The notes under the pieces were generated by a model. It saw only the letters and a list, made by a program, of their open reading frames with translations. It did no database searches and was not told the DNA's origin. Shown here in pieces: positions 10,040 through 18,540 of a stretch of 55,865 bases of DNA. Location of the stretch: contig JBKPBY010000182.1 of assembly GCA_046727075.1 (NCBI GenBank), forward strand, positions 1 through 55,865, given 5' to 3'. The position numbers were made by a program, and so were the translations under genes. This DNA comes from a bacterium. GTDB lineage: Bacteria; Verrucomicrobiota; Verrucomicrobiia; Chthoniobacterales; JAFAMB01. Positions within the stretch are counted from its first letter, which is position 1. Each line of letters begins with the position of its first letter.

Positions 10040-12493
10040 TCACTCCTCTCTCAGTGCCATGATTGGGTCAATCTTCATGGCTCTTCGGGCCGGCCACCAG
10101 CAGGCGAAGAAGGTTGTTGCTAGCAGGGTCATCACAACGATGAGCACAACGCTCGGGTTGCTCGGCTCAAGGCCGTAGAGTGAAGTTGTGAGAAATCGGG
10201 CGACTATTCCGGCAAGGATTAGTCCAATCATGAGCCCGATACCGACGACGCTCATTCCGTTCCAGAGAATCAGACGGAAAATTTTGGCGCGGATCGCGCC
10301 GAGTGCGATCCGGATACCGATCTCGCGTGTCCGGCGAACCACCGAGTAAGCGAGCATTCCATAGAGGCCGACTGCAGCAAGTACGAGAGCAATCGTGGAG
10401 AACAGGCCGACCAGTGTCATCGCCAGCCGTTGTGTCGATAGCCGTAGCGAAATCGCTTGCTCCATGCTCTGTACCTCATAAAGGGGAACCCTGGTATCGA
10501 ACGACTGTACGACCTCGGCTAACGAATGAATCAGTGCGCGTGGATCGCTGTCACTGCGAAGCAGGACAGAGACATAATTGTTGGGCGCTTGGGCGATCGG
10601 GCGATACGATAGCGCGATTTTTCGTAGGCCTGTTCCTGGTTCCCGATGTTCGACGACAGGGACAATGCCAATGATTGTCCAGGTGTGGGGGTCGGTACCG
10701 GTCTCATGAATCTGTTGGCCGATTGGGTCCTGACCAGGGAAAAATTCTTTGGCAAACGCCTCATCGACAATTGTCACTCGTTCTCTGCCAAATCGATCCT
10801 GCTCGTTGAATCCTCGTCCACGCAGGATCGGGATACGCATCGTTTCGAAATAGCTTGGCGAAACAAACTGTTCTTCCGAAGAAAGTTCTTCTCCGGGCTT
10901 GGGATCAGGGCGTCCAACAATCCCGAAAAAGAATTCCCAATCGCTGCCTCCAAACGGAGCATTGATGGTCAGCGCAGCAAAACGCACCCCGGGAATAGCC
11001 GCAGCTTTTGCTAGCACTTGATCGAGAAATCCAGCTAACTCGTTTTGTTTCGGTTCGGGTGAATGTTCGGTGCCATATCGCGATTCCGGCAGCGCGATGC
11101 CTGCCATCAGAAGACGATGCGGGTCGAATCCGAGATTGGCGGTTTGCAGCGTGCGAAAACCATCAACTAACAAAGCGGATCCGATCAGGACAATGCTGGC
11201 GATCGCGACTTGAGCCAGAACAAGCACGCCTTGCGCACGTTGCCGATCGCGGCTGGTTGTACCTCCATGCGCTCCGGTATTTTTGAGGCTACTGCCAAGA
11301 TCAGCCCGAGAGATTTTCCAGGCTGGGAACAGACCGAACAGGAGCCCGGTGCACACGGTTATGATGGCGGTGAACCCGAGCACCGGCGCATTGATGCGAA
11401 TGTTCTGGAACCTGACTGACTCCTGAGGCGCAAGAGAAATGATCGCGTCAAGACTCCAGAACGCGAAGATCACTCCGAGAACGCCACCTCCTAAAGCGAT
11501 CAGCAGACTCTCGGTCAGCAGTTGGGCCATGATCCGCCGGCGGCCCGCTCCCAGAGCGGTTCGCAGCGCGATCTCTTTCTCCCGACTCGCGGCTCTGGCC
11601 AGCAGCAGATTTGCCACATTTGCGCAACAGATTAGGAGAACAAACCCGACTACTGCGAATAACACATTTAACGTCTCGCGATACTTTTGAACCGTCGCAT
11701 CCAGGAGTAAACTCATCGATATCCGTGCCTGCGAGTTTGTTTCCGGGTACCGTGTCTCAAGGTTCCGGCTGATTATGTCGAATTCAGCTCGTGCCTGATC
11801 GATGGAGATCCCGTCCTTCAAACGGCCGATTACTTTTAGGCCGGGATGCGAATCGCGGCTGGTCAGCGGAAGCTGGCTAGCAACCGGACCGAATGGAACA
11901 AACAAAGCGATCGAAGCGGGATTACCAATCCCCCTTGATGGAATGGCGTTTTGCGGCGCGACACCAATAATCTCGTAGTTCACCTCATCCAGAGTCACCG
12001 TTCTACCGATGATTCCGGGATCAGCCCCAAAACGCCGGCGCCAGAATTGTTCTGTAAGGATCGCGACATGCGCGCCGCTGTCGCGATCTTCGTTATCGGT
12101 AAAGCCGCGTCCGGGGCTAATAGTAACTCCAAGTACACGGAAATAGCTGGCGCTCACATAGACGGCTTGGGCACGTTCCGGATCACCGTCATCCTTTAGG
12201 TTGAAACTGTCTCCGCGATAGATCGATATTTCTTGAAAGGAGCGCTGGGTTGCGCACCAATCCAGATAATTCGGATAGGCAACGGACATGGTGCCGAAGC
12301 TTTGGCGTCGTTCTTCAATGTTAACCAATCGATCCGGATCGTGATAGGGTAACGCCTGCAACAGCACAGCATTCACCACGCTGAACACCGCAGTATTAGC
12401 TCCAATGCCAAGAGCGAGAGTCAGAACCGCGGTGATAGTAAAAGCTGGGCTCTTGCCTAAAGTGCGGATAGCGAATTTGAGATCGGAGACCAT
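10040..12493 (-). CDS. ADOP-like ABC permease copy 3
   Basis: Same motifs as copy 1; start placed at MVSDLKFAIR because the upstream ORF extension is translated repeat sequence. Confidence 0.92.
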   Translation of the reverse strand: MVSDLKFAIRTLGKSPAFTITAVLTLALGIGANTAVFSVVNAVLLQALPYHDPDRLVNIEERRQSFGTMSVAYPNYLDWCATQRSFQEISIYRGDSFNLKDDGDPERAQAVYVSASYFRVLGVTISPGRGFTDNEDRDSGAHVAILTEQFWRRRFGADPGIIGRTVTLDEVNYEIIGVAPQNAIPSRGIGNPASIALFVPFGPVASQLPLTSRDSHPGLKVIGRLKDGISIDQARAEFDIISRNLETRYPETNSQARISMSLLLDATVQKYRETLNVLFAVVGFVLLICCANVANLLLARAASREKEIALRTALGAGRRRIMAQLLTESLLIALGGGVLGVIFAFWSLDAIISLAPQESVRFQNIRINAPVLGFTAIITVCTGLLFGLFPAWKISRADLGSSLKNTGAHGGTTSRDRQRAQGVLVLAQVAIASIVLIGSALLVDGFRTLQTANLGFDPHRLLMAGIALPESRYGTEHSPEPKQNELAGFLDQVLAKAAAIPGVRFAALTINAPFGGSDWEFFFGIVGRPDPKPGEELSSEEQFVSPSYFETMRIPILRGRGFNEQDRFGRERVTIVDEAFAKEFFPGQDPIGQQIHETGTDPHTWTIIGIVPVVEHREPGTGLRKIALSYRPIAQAPNNYVSVLLRSDSDPRALIHSLAEVVQSFDTRVPLYEVQSMEQAISLRLSTQRLAMTLVGLFSTIALVLAAVGLYGMLAYSVVRRTREIGIRIALGAIRAKIFRLILWNGMSVVGIGLMIGLILAGIVARFLTTSLYGLEPSNPSVVLIVVMTLLATTFFACWWPARRAMKIDPIMALREE

Positions 12494-12604
12494 GGGATGA
12501 GTGTTAGTGCTAGTCGGCTTTCCGTCTTCAGTTCCGCCTTGTGTTTTCGGTTCTCGGTTTTCGGTTGTTGGCGCTGACGGCGATGGTGGCATTGACAGCG
12601 TTGC

Positions 12605-12922
12605 TCATGCTTCCCTCCTGAGTGCGACGACGGGATCAATTCGAGATGCTCGATGAGCGGGAAGCCAAAGAGCGATCAGTGCAACAATTGTTAGTAGGAT
12701 AGTGACTGTTAGTAGTGTAGGGATGTCGGTTCTTCCCAACGCACTTAAGCGACCTCCGAAACGGCTCATCCAAAGGTCGTAACTGATAATCGCAACGGAG
12801 CGGCTACCAGGCTCGTTGTCCCCTGGCCCGAAGTTGCGCCCTACCACCGGCTCCATTCGGAGGACGTTAAACAGTTTCGATGACAGCAGCGTGCGGATGG
12901 AGAATTTGACGTCGGATAGCAT
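12605..12922 (-). pseudogene. Miniaturised ADOP permease (N-terminal, internal and C-terminal fragments fused in frame)
   Basis: MLSDVKFSIRTL + FNVLRMEPVVGRNF..VAIISYDLWMSRFGG + TD..LLTIVALIALWLPAHRASRIDPVVALRRE each match paralog segments. Confidence 0.8.
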
Positions 12923-12991
12923 GGGGGAGTGTGAGTGCTATTCGGTTTCCAGTTTTCCGCCTTCGTCTGGCCAAGGCCGGACTACGGCACG

Positions 12992-13744
12992 CTAGGTCCG
13001 CAGTTCTTCTTCCAGTTGACGTTCGCGTTCTTTGTCTTCGACGACTTTTCCGTCGAACAAATGGATGGTGCGTTCGGCGTAGCCGGCGAAGCGGCTGTCG
13101 TGGGTGACCATGCAGATTGTGGCTCCGCCTTGGTGCAGGTCTGCTAGCAGCTCCATCACTGCGTCGCCGTTTTTGCTGTCGAGGTTACCAGTCGGCTCGT
13201 CGGCGAGCAGGACCGAAGGCGAGCCGGCAAGCGCACGCGCGACCGCTACGCGTTGCTGTTGACCACCACTCAATTGGTTCGGGAAATGTTTCTGGCGATG
13301 TTGCATCCCTACTCTCTCCAGCGATTCGATTGCGCGCCGTTTGCGTTCTACGCCCCTGACCTCTGATCGGTAAGTGAGTGGTAACTCAACATTTTCCAGG
13401 ACTGTCAGATCGCCAATCAGATTGAAACTCTGAAAGATGAAGCCGATTTCCCGATTCCGGATCCTGGCGCGTTCAGCAAACGAGAGACTTTCTACCTGGC
13501 GCCCGTTCAATAGATACTGTCCGCCAGACGGGGAATCGAGCAGCCCCAGAATGGAAAGCAACGTTGATTTACCACACCCGCTCGGTCCAGCAATGGCTAC
13601 ATATTCGCCGGAATAAATATCTAGATAAATCCCGTCCAGCGCATGCGTTTCAACTTCATCAGTTAGAAAAACTTTCTTTACGTCGCACAGGTGAATCAGG
13701 GACGCTTGCTGTTCGTGTGTAGTAGGGGTTTCGGGTGAGTTCAT
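12992..13744 (-). CDS. ABC transporter ATP-binding protein (MacB/LolD family)
   Basis: GPSGCGKST, LSGGQQQRV, LLADEPTGNLD and VTHD. Confidence 0.96.
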   Translation of the reverse strand: MNSPETPTTHEQQASLIHLCDVKKVFLTDEVETHALDGIYLDIYSGEYVAIAGPSGCGKSTLLSILGLLDSPSGGQYLLNGRQVESLSFAERARIRNREIGFIFQSFNLIGDLTVLENVELPLTYRSEVRGVERKRRAIESLERVGMQHRQKHFPNQLSGGQQQRVAVARALAGSPSVLLADEPTGNLDSKNGDAVMELLADLHQGGATICMVTHDSRFAGYAERTIHLFDGKVVEDKERERQLEEELRT

Positions 13745-13799
13745 TTGAGTCCGAGCGCTGGTGCTAGTGTGAGTTGTTATCAGTTATCAGTTTTCAGTT

Positions 13800-13949
13800 T
13801 CAGTTTTCAGTTTTCAGTTTTTTGGTTCCGGCACTTTCACTCATCAGGAATTCGAGGACTTGAGCGGTTAGAAGAAGGGGGTTATACGCGTCGTCGGACG
13901 AATTAAGGAAGTCTAGATCTGGATCGTTAACATTCGGAGCGTTGTTCAT
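13800..13949 (-). CDS. Putative 49 aa small protein
   Basis: Manual translation MNNAPNVNDPDLDFLNSSDDAYNPLLLTAQVLEFLMSESAGTKKLKTEN*; same strand as the operon and fills the unique sequence between repeat blocks. Confidence 0.35.
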   Translation of the reverse strand: MNNAPNVNDPDLDFLNSSDDAYNPLLLTAQVLEFLMSESAGTKKLKTEN

Positions 13950-14052
13950 TCTGGTAGGACACGGACTGCTTGAAGAAAGTTACAGACACGTTTGGTTTTC
14001 AATTTTTCAGTTTTCGGTTCGTGCTAGTACTAGCGCTCGCACCAGCACTCTC

Positions 14053-16485
14053 TCATTCTTGCCGGAGGGCGATTGTGGGATTGATTTTCATCGCGCGGCG
14101 AGTGGGGAGGTAGTTTGCGACCAGACTTACGAGCATCAGCAAGACAATGACCCCTGCGAAAGTGACAGGGTCAGTCGCGCCGATACCATAAAGTAAGCTC
14201 TGCATCAGCCGGGTTAATCCGATGGAAACAACTGCACCGATTAGGACTCCTGCTAAGACCAGGCGTGTACCGTCTGTCAAGATCATTCGCAACACATCGA
14301 ACCTCTGAGCACCCAATGCCATCCGAACGCCGATCTCGCGTGTGCGTTGGAGGACTCCATAAGAGATTAACCCATACAGGCCTATTGCGGCTAAAAGCAG
14401 TGCGACGGCGGCAAAGCTGCCGATCATCCAGAGGTTCGCTCGGCGGTCGCCGACCGAATCGGCGATCAGATTCGACCACAGGCTTACTCGTGAAAGTGGA
14501 ATCTGGGGATCAACCTCTGCGGTGGCCCTTCTGATGGGCGCAACGAGAGTGAGCGGATCAATCGAGTCATTCGCGCGGACAACAAGGACCATGTTTTGCG
14601 CCCAGCTTTCACCTGGTCCGGAAGTTGGCGATTGAGCAACCGGAAAATAAAACTCGTCTCGTGTCGGTTCACCAAGGCGCTGAGGACTTACGTCGCCGAC
14701 AACGCCGACAATTGTAACGGACAGGTTGACATCAAGGTTGAGCCTATGACCAATCGCGTTCTCAGCGCTTTTCCAGTAACGAAGCGCCATTGAGCGATTA
14801 ATTAAGATCACACGTTGAGCGCCGGCAGTGTCGCGGGCATCGAGGAAACGGCCAGCAAGCAATGGGATGCCGGCAGTCTGGAAATATTCGCCACTGATCG
14901 CTCGGAGCTGGGCGACAGGTTGTTTCCCATTTTCGAAAGCTGATCTTCCCTCGATCTGGAAACTAGTGTCATTGTCACTCCGAGTAAGTGGCAGCAAGCC
15001 GATTGCTCCGGCTGACTTTACGCCGGGCAGAGTAGCGATGCGTTCCTGAACAGCACGATAAAAGGTATAGACCGATTCATCTGACGAGTAGCGGTTTGGT
15101 GGTAAAGCAATCGAACCGGTCAGAACTCTCTCCGGGGCTGCTATACCAGTGCTGGATTCTTGCAGTTTTAGAAATGACCGGAACAAGAGTCCGGCGCAGC
15201 TGAGAACAATCAAAGCGCACGCGATTTCCGCAATTACCAGGACGTTGCGAAGATATCCCTGACGCCCACCACCCACTGTTCCGCGCGAGCTTTCGGCCAA
15301 CGCTGACTGCAAATCGACATTACGCCTTCGCGAGATAGTGATGAGCGGCAGTGATCCGGACACAATGCCGACCATCGTTGAAAGAGCGATCGTAAAAGCG
15401 AGTACGCCAAAATCAATTCTGACCTCGGATGCACGGGGGAGATTTGTGCCTGCGATTGATACGAAGAGGTCGGTGCCAAACAACGAAAGGAGTACGCCAC
15501 AGATTCCGCCAATGGCACTTAACAAAATGCTCTCAGCGAGCAGTTGCTTGGCCAGATTCCAACGGGTGGCGCCCAGCGATACCCGGATGGCCAGCTCTCT
15601 CCGCCGACCTGCGATACGAGTCAACAACAGGTTCGCGAGGTTTAGCGCGGCGATCAGAAGCATACAGCCGACGGCTGCCTGAAGAAGGAACAGCCCGGCC
15701 CGCTGATTTCCCACCATGTCTTCCTGAAACGGGATCAAACGTATGCCGAATCCGCTATTGTCGTCCGGATACTTCAAAGCGAGAGTCGCTGCAATACTGG
15801 ACATCTGGGCCTGAGCCTGATTAACAGCTATACCCGGCTTCAACCTGCCAATGATGTAAGCAAGCCTGTACCCACGGCTTTGCAGTTTGCTCTTCGTGAA
15901 GGTGTACGGGATCCATAGCTCCACTCTTTCGGTCGGGAGCCGAAAATCATCCTGCATAACACCAACGATGGTGTGGCTTTCGCCGTTTAGCTGGACAGTG
16001 CGGCCGAGGATTCCTTCGGATTGACCAAAAAGGCGGCGCGCTAGCCTGGCACTAAGAATCGCAACATGATCTCTGCCGGCCTGATCTTCTCCCATTTCGA
16101 ATCCGCGGCCAGAACGAGGGCTGACGCCGAGCAAATGAAAATAATTGGCGGAGACAGTTGCACCTTCGATGCGTTCGGCTCCTTCGTTTCCTTGCAGTGC
16201 GATGCCTCCGTCCCGGTAAGCGGCCAACTCTGAAAATACGGTGTTTCGTTCTCTCCAGTCGAGAAAGTCTGGCGCGGATACGTTCGACAACGGCCAGTTC
16301 GGTTCCCATGTCGACCAGACGCGCATCAGCTGTCCTGGCTGAGCAACAGGCAAAGCGCGAACCAGCACGGCATTGATCACGCTGAAGATTGTCACGTTGG
16401 CTCCGATGCCGACGGCGAGCGTCAACACGGCCACCAGTGTGAACGCCGGAGAGCTGCGAAGAGAACGGACCGCGTAGCGGAGCAT
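14053..16485 (-). CDS. ADOP-like ABC permease copy 5 (first in the transcript)
   Basis: 810 aa; TLAVGIGANVTIFS, NLANLLL, ELAIRVSLGA and REIGVRMALGA. Confidence 0.93.
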   Translation of the reverse strand: MLRYAVRSLRSSPAFTLVAVLTLAVGIGANVTIFSVINAVLVRALPVAQPGQLMRVWSTWEPNWPLSNVSAPDFLDWRERNTVFSELAAYRDGGIALQGNEGAERIEGATVSANYFHLLGVSPRSGRGFEMGEDQAGRDHVAILSARLARRLFGQSEGILGRTVQLNGESHTIVGVMQDDFRLPTERVELWIPYTFTKSKLQSRGYRLAYIIGRLKPGIAVNQAQAQMSSIAATLALKYPDDNSGFGIRLIPFQEDMVGNQRAGLFLLQAAVGCMLLIAALNLANLLLTRIAGRRRELAIRVSLGATRWNLAKQLLAESILLSAIGGICGVLLSLFGTDLFVSIAGTNLPRASEVRIDFGVLAFTIALSTMVGIVSGSLPLITISRRRNVDLQSALAESSRGTVGGGRQGYLRNVLVIAEIACALIVLSCAGLLFRSFLKLQESSTGIAAPERVLTGSIALPPNRYSSDESVYTFYRAVQERIATLPGVKSAGAIGLLPLTRSDNDTSFQIEGRSAFENGKQPVAQLRAISGEYFQTAGIPLLAGRFLDARDTAGAQRVILINRSMALRYWKSAENAIGHRLNLDVNLSVTIVGVVGDVSPQRLGEPTRDEFYFPVAQSPTSGPGESWAQNMVLVVRANDSIDPLTLVAPIRRATAEVDPQIPLSRVSLWSNLIADSVGDRRANLWMIGSFAAVALLLAAIGLYGLISYGVLQRTREIGVRMALGAQRFDVLRMILTDGTRLVLAGVLIGAVVSIGLTRLMQSLLYGIGATDPVTFAGVIVLLMLVSLVANYLPTRRAMKINPTIALRQE

Positions 16486-16645
16486 TGGGGGTCAGTGCTA
16501 GTGTTAGTGTTGCCAGGGCTTGGAATCCGACGTCGCCAAGGCTATGTCGGACAGATCAGCTCAGAATCGTGGGCGTAGTAGCTTCAAAGGGTTTCGGTTT
16601 TTCAGTTCACGGCGATCACGGCGTTCTCGTGCGTTCCCGGCGTTG
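16486..16645. repeat. Composite module with hexamers, REP-like copy (16526-16564), heptamers and 9-mers
   Basis: cagtgctagtgttagtgtt / tccgacgtcgccaaggctatgtcggacagatcagctcag / ggtttcggttttttcag / cacggcgat cacggcgtt. Confidence 0.8.
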
Positions 16646-18016
16646 TCAACGGAGCCTGATGCGTTCCTGGTTATCGTAAGCGCTGGTGTCGGAGAGGATC
16701 ACCTGGTCTCCAGGTTGCAGGCCTGATCTGATTTCAATTGCGTTCACGGAACCGCGCCCGAGTGCGACTTTGGTCCGCACGGCTTCGTTAGCATCCGGTG
16801 TAAGCTTAAAGAGCCCAATGGTGCTTTCGTCCTGACCAAAGGCAGGGCGCCCGACATAAATGACATCGGTTAGCCGTTCGAGCTCAATGGTACCTTCAAC
16901 TCCGAGATCCGAACGCACGGTTTTCGGCAAGACCTTCTCGCCGAAGCTTACATCAACCAGCACGGTGCCTTGCTGGACTGCCGGGTCAACTCGCGAGACC
17001 TTCCCGGGTACGATCCCACTTGTTCGTGTATCGATGCTGGCTGATTCACCAATTTTGATATCGCGCGCTTGTGTCTCTGCGATTTTGATCTGTGCTTTCA
17101 GTTTCATCGGGTCGGCGACCCGGGCCAGGTTGGTTCCGGCTGTTACCTGTTGTCCGACAGCCACTGCGATCTGCTGAAGAACTCCTTTCATTCCTGCCCG
17201 CACCTGAAGAGCATCGACTTGGCTATGTTTCAAGGCAGCCAGCGCTTTCGCTTGGTCCAGATCGCTCTGCGCAACGGCAAGCTGCGGTTCAATCGCTTGC
17301 TGGGTAAAATCATAACGCTGTTTTTCAATGTCAAAGGAGGCGGCCTTTTCGCGCGCGGTGATCTGCGATTTTTTCAGATCGAGTGCTGCGATTAATCCTT
17401 CTTTGGCCAGTCGCTCGTTTACGTCGCGCTCGGCGTTTGCCGCGTCGCTCTCCCCTTCTGCCTGGGTCAAAGCAGCCCGGCGTTCAAGCGCTTGCCCTTG
17501 TAGCTGCGCTCTCAGGTTAACCAGTCTGGCCTGAGCGCTTGTCACCGCCGCATCAGCGTCCAAAGCAGCTTGCTGCAATTCAGGGTTGGTCAGCGTGAGG
17601 ATGACGGTATCGGCATTCACTTCTGTTCCCGGCCAGATAATAATTTTGTCTACTCGCGCGTCGTTGCGGGCAGCGATCCAGCTAATGTCTTCGGGAACCA
17701 ATGTCCCTAGACCGCGCACCTGACGCAAAAGCGGTCCTCGTTTCACCGTGTCGATCCAGACCGAGTTGCGCGCGACCGTTGGCAACGCGGGCTTAAGTTG
17801 GGCAAGTCCAATCGTGATCGCCACAAGCCCAACAACGGCAGCACCACCGATCATTATCCGGCGCCGGAGCTTGCGCGCTTTTACACCGGTACGGAGGACA
17901 TCCATATTGGAGGATTGATTCGCGACCGAAGGTCGGTTCTCTTTCAGAGATGGATTCTCTGTTGGAGACTGTTTCTCCGTCGCGTGATTACCGGTGAAGT
18001 TTCTTACACGGTTCAT
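16646..18016 (-). CDS. Membrane fusion / periplasmic adaptor protein (HlyD/MacA family)
   Basis: N-terminal TM anchor, VKRGPLLRQVRGLGTLVP, coiled-coil hairpin and EIRSGLQPGDQVILSD; exact start uncertain. Confidence 0.9.
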   Translation of the reverse strand: MNRVRNFTGNHATEKQSPTENPSLKENRPSVANQSSNMDVLRTGVKARKLRRRIMIGGAAVVGLVAITIGLAQLKPALPTVARNSVWIDTVKRGPLLRQVRGLGTLVPEDISWIAARNDARVDKIIIWPGTEVNADTVILTLTNPELQQAALDADAAVTSAQARLVNLRAQLQGQALERRAALTQAEGESDAANAERDVNERLAKEGLIAALDLKKSQITAREKAASFDIEKQRYDFTQQAIEPQLAVAQSDLDQAKALAALKHSQVDALQVRAGMKGVLQQIAVAVGQQVTAGTNLARVADPMKLKAQIKIAETQARDIKIGESASIDTRTSGIVPGKVSRVDPAVQQGTVLVDVSFGEKVLPKTVRSDLGVEGTIELERLTDVIYVGRPAFGQDESTIGLFKLTPDANEAVRTKVALGRGSVNAIEIRSGLQPGDQVILSDTSAYDNQERIRLR

Positions 18017-18041
18017 CGTTGCTTTTCGATCGTTGTTGCTA

Positions 18042-18293
18042 TCAGGCCTTCGGAGGGAGCGAGTGCGAACAGGCGACCACGGATTGCTGGCTTGTGCCAA
18101 ATCCAGTCGTTACTGATTGCTTCGCACTGATTCCGATCGACACGAGCGAGCAGATCGCCAGGAGCAGGAAGACCAAAACATCGGGCTGGCGTCGGGCACC
18201 TTCCGTGGGCAATGGCTTGGCGATCGACCGGCGCTGCGCGTTTAGCGGGAACTCGATCACTACATTGTCAGCAACTGGATTCATAGTTTTCAT
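18042..18293 (-). CDS. Small single-TM hypothetical protein, first gene after the sigma54 promoter
   Basis: AAAGGA-like RBS before ATG 18293; hydrophobic VLVFLLLAICSLVSIGI segment. Confidence 0.55.
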   Translation of the reverse strand: MKTMNPVADNVVIEFPLNAQRRSIAKPLPTEGARRQPDVLVFLLLAICSLVSIGISAKQSVTTGFGTSQQSVVACSHSLPPKA

Positions 18294-18322
18294 TGGTTGT
18301 CCTTTCACGGGAAAAGGATAGG

Positions 18323-18338
18323 GCAAGTCCCATGCCAA
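18323..18338 (-). promoter_or_regulatory. Sigma54 (-24/-12) promoter
   Basis: Minus strand TTGGCATGGGACTTGC has GG-N10-GC and matches the TGGCAC-N5-TTGC consensus; next to a sigma54 activator gene. Confidence 0.8.
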
Positions 18339-18354
18339 CCTTTTTCCAGTTACG

Positions 18355-18367
18355 TAAGTGATTGAAA
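18355..18367 (-). promoter_or_regulatory. Possible IHF site
   Basis: TTTCAATCACTTA resembles WATCAANNNNTTR and lies between the promoter and the enhancer-like sites. Confidence 0.45.
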
Positions 18368-18413
18368 AACAGCATCTTATGCGAAATCGCTATTTTCACC
18401 CATCATTGAATGC

Positions 18414-18449
18414 GTCTCATCGAGAGACCTGTCAGTCTCAAAATGAGAA
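18414..18449. promoter_or_regulatory. Tandem palindromic upstream activator sites (putative bEBP enhancer)
   Basis: GTCTC-ATCGA-GAGAC (18414-18428) and TCTCA-AAA-TGAGA (18436-18448); centres 21 bp apart, about 85-105 bp upstream of the -24. Confidence 0.65.
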
Positions 18450-18540
18450 TCGAGCAGCATCGAGCGGACGGCCGCGGTTCCAACACCTCCAGATCCGTCG
18501 CCTCGAGGGCGTTCTTGAGTGCACGGGCGTGCGGCTCGCC

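Noticed and set aside
12494-12592. N-terminal extension of the 850 aa permease ORF
   Set aside because: It is translated repeat sequence (TENREPKT); paralogs start at the MVSDLKF equivalent
5188-16485. Diversity-generating retroelement or integron cassette array behind the paralogs
   Set aside because: No reverse transcriptase, integrase, TR/VR pair or attC-type sites seen
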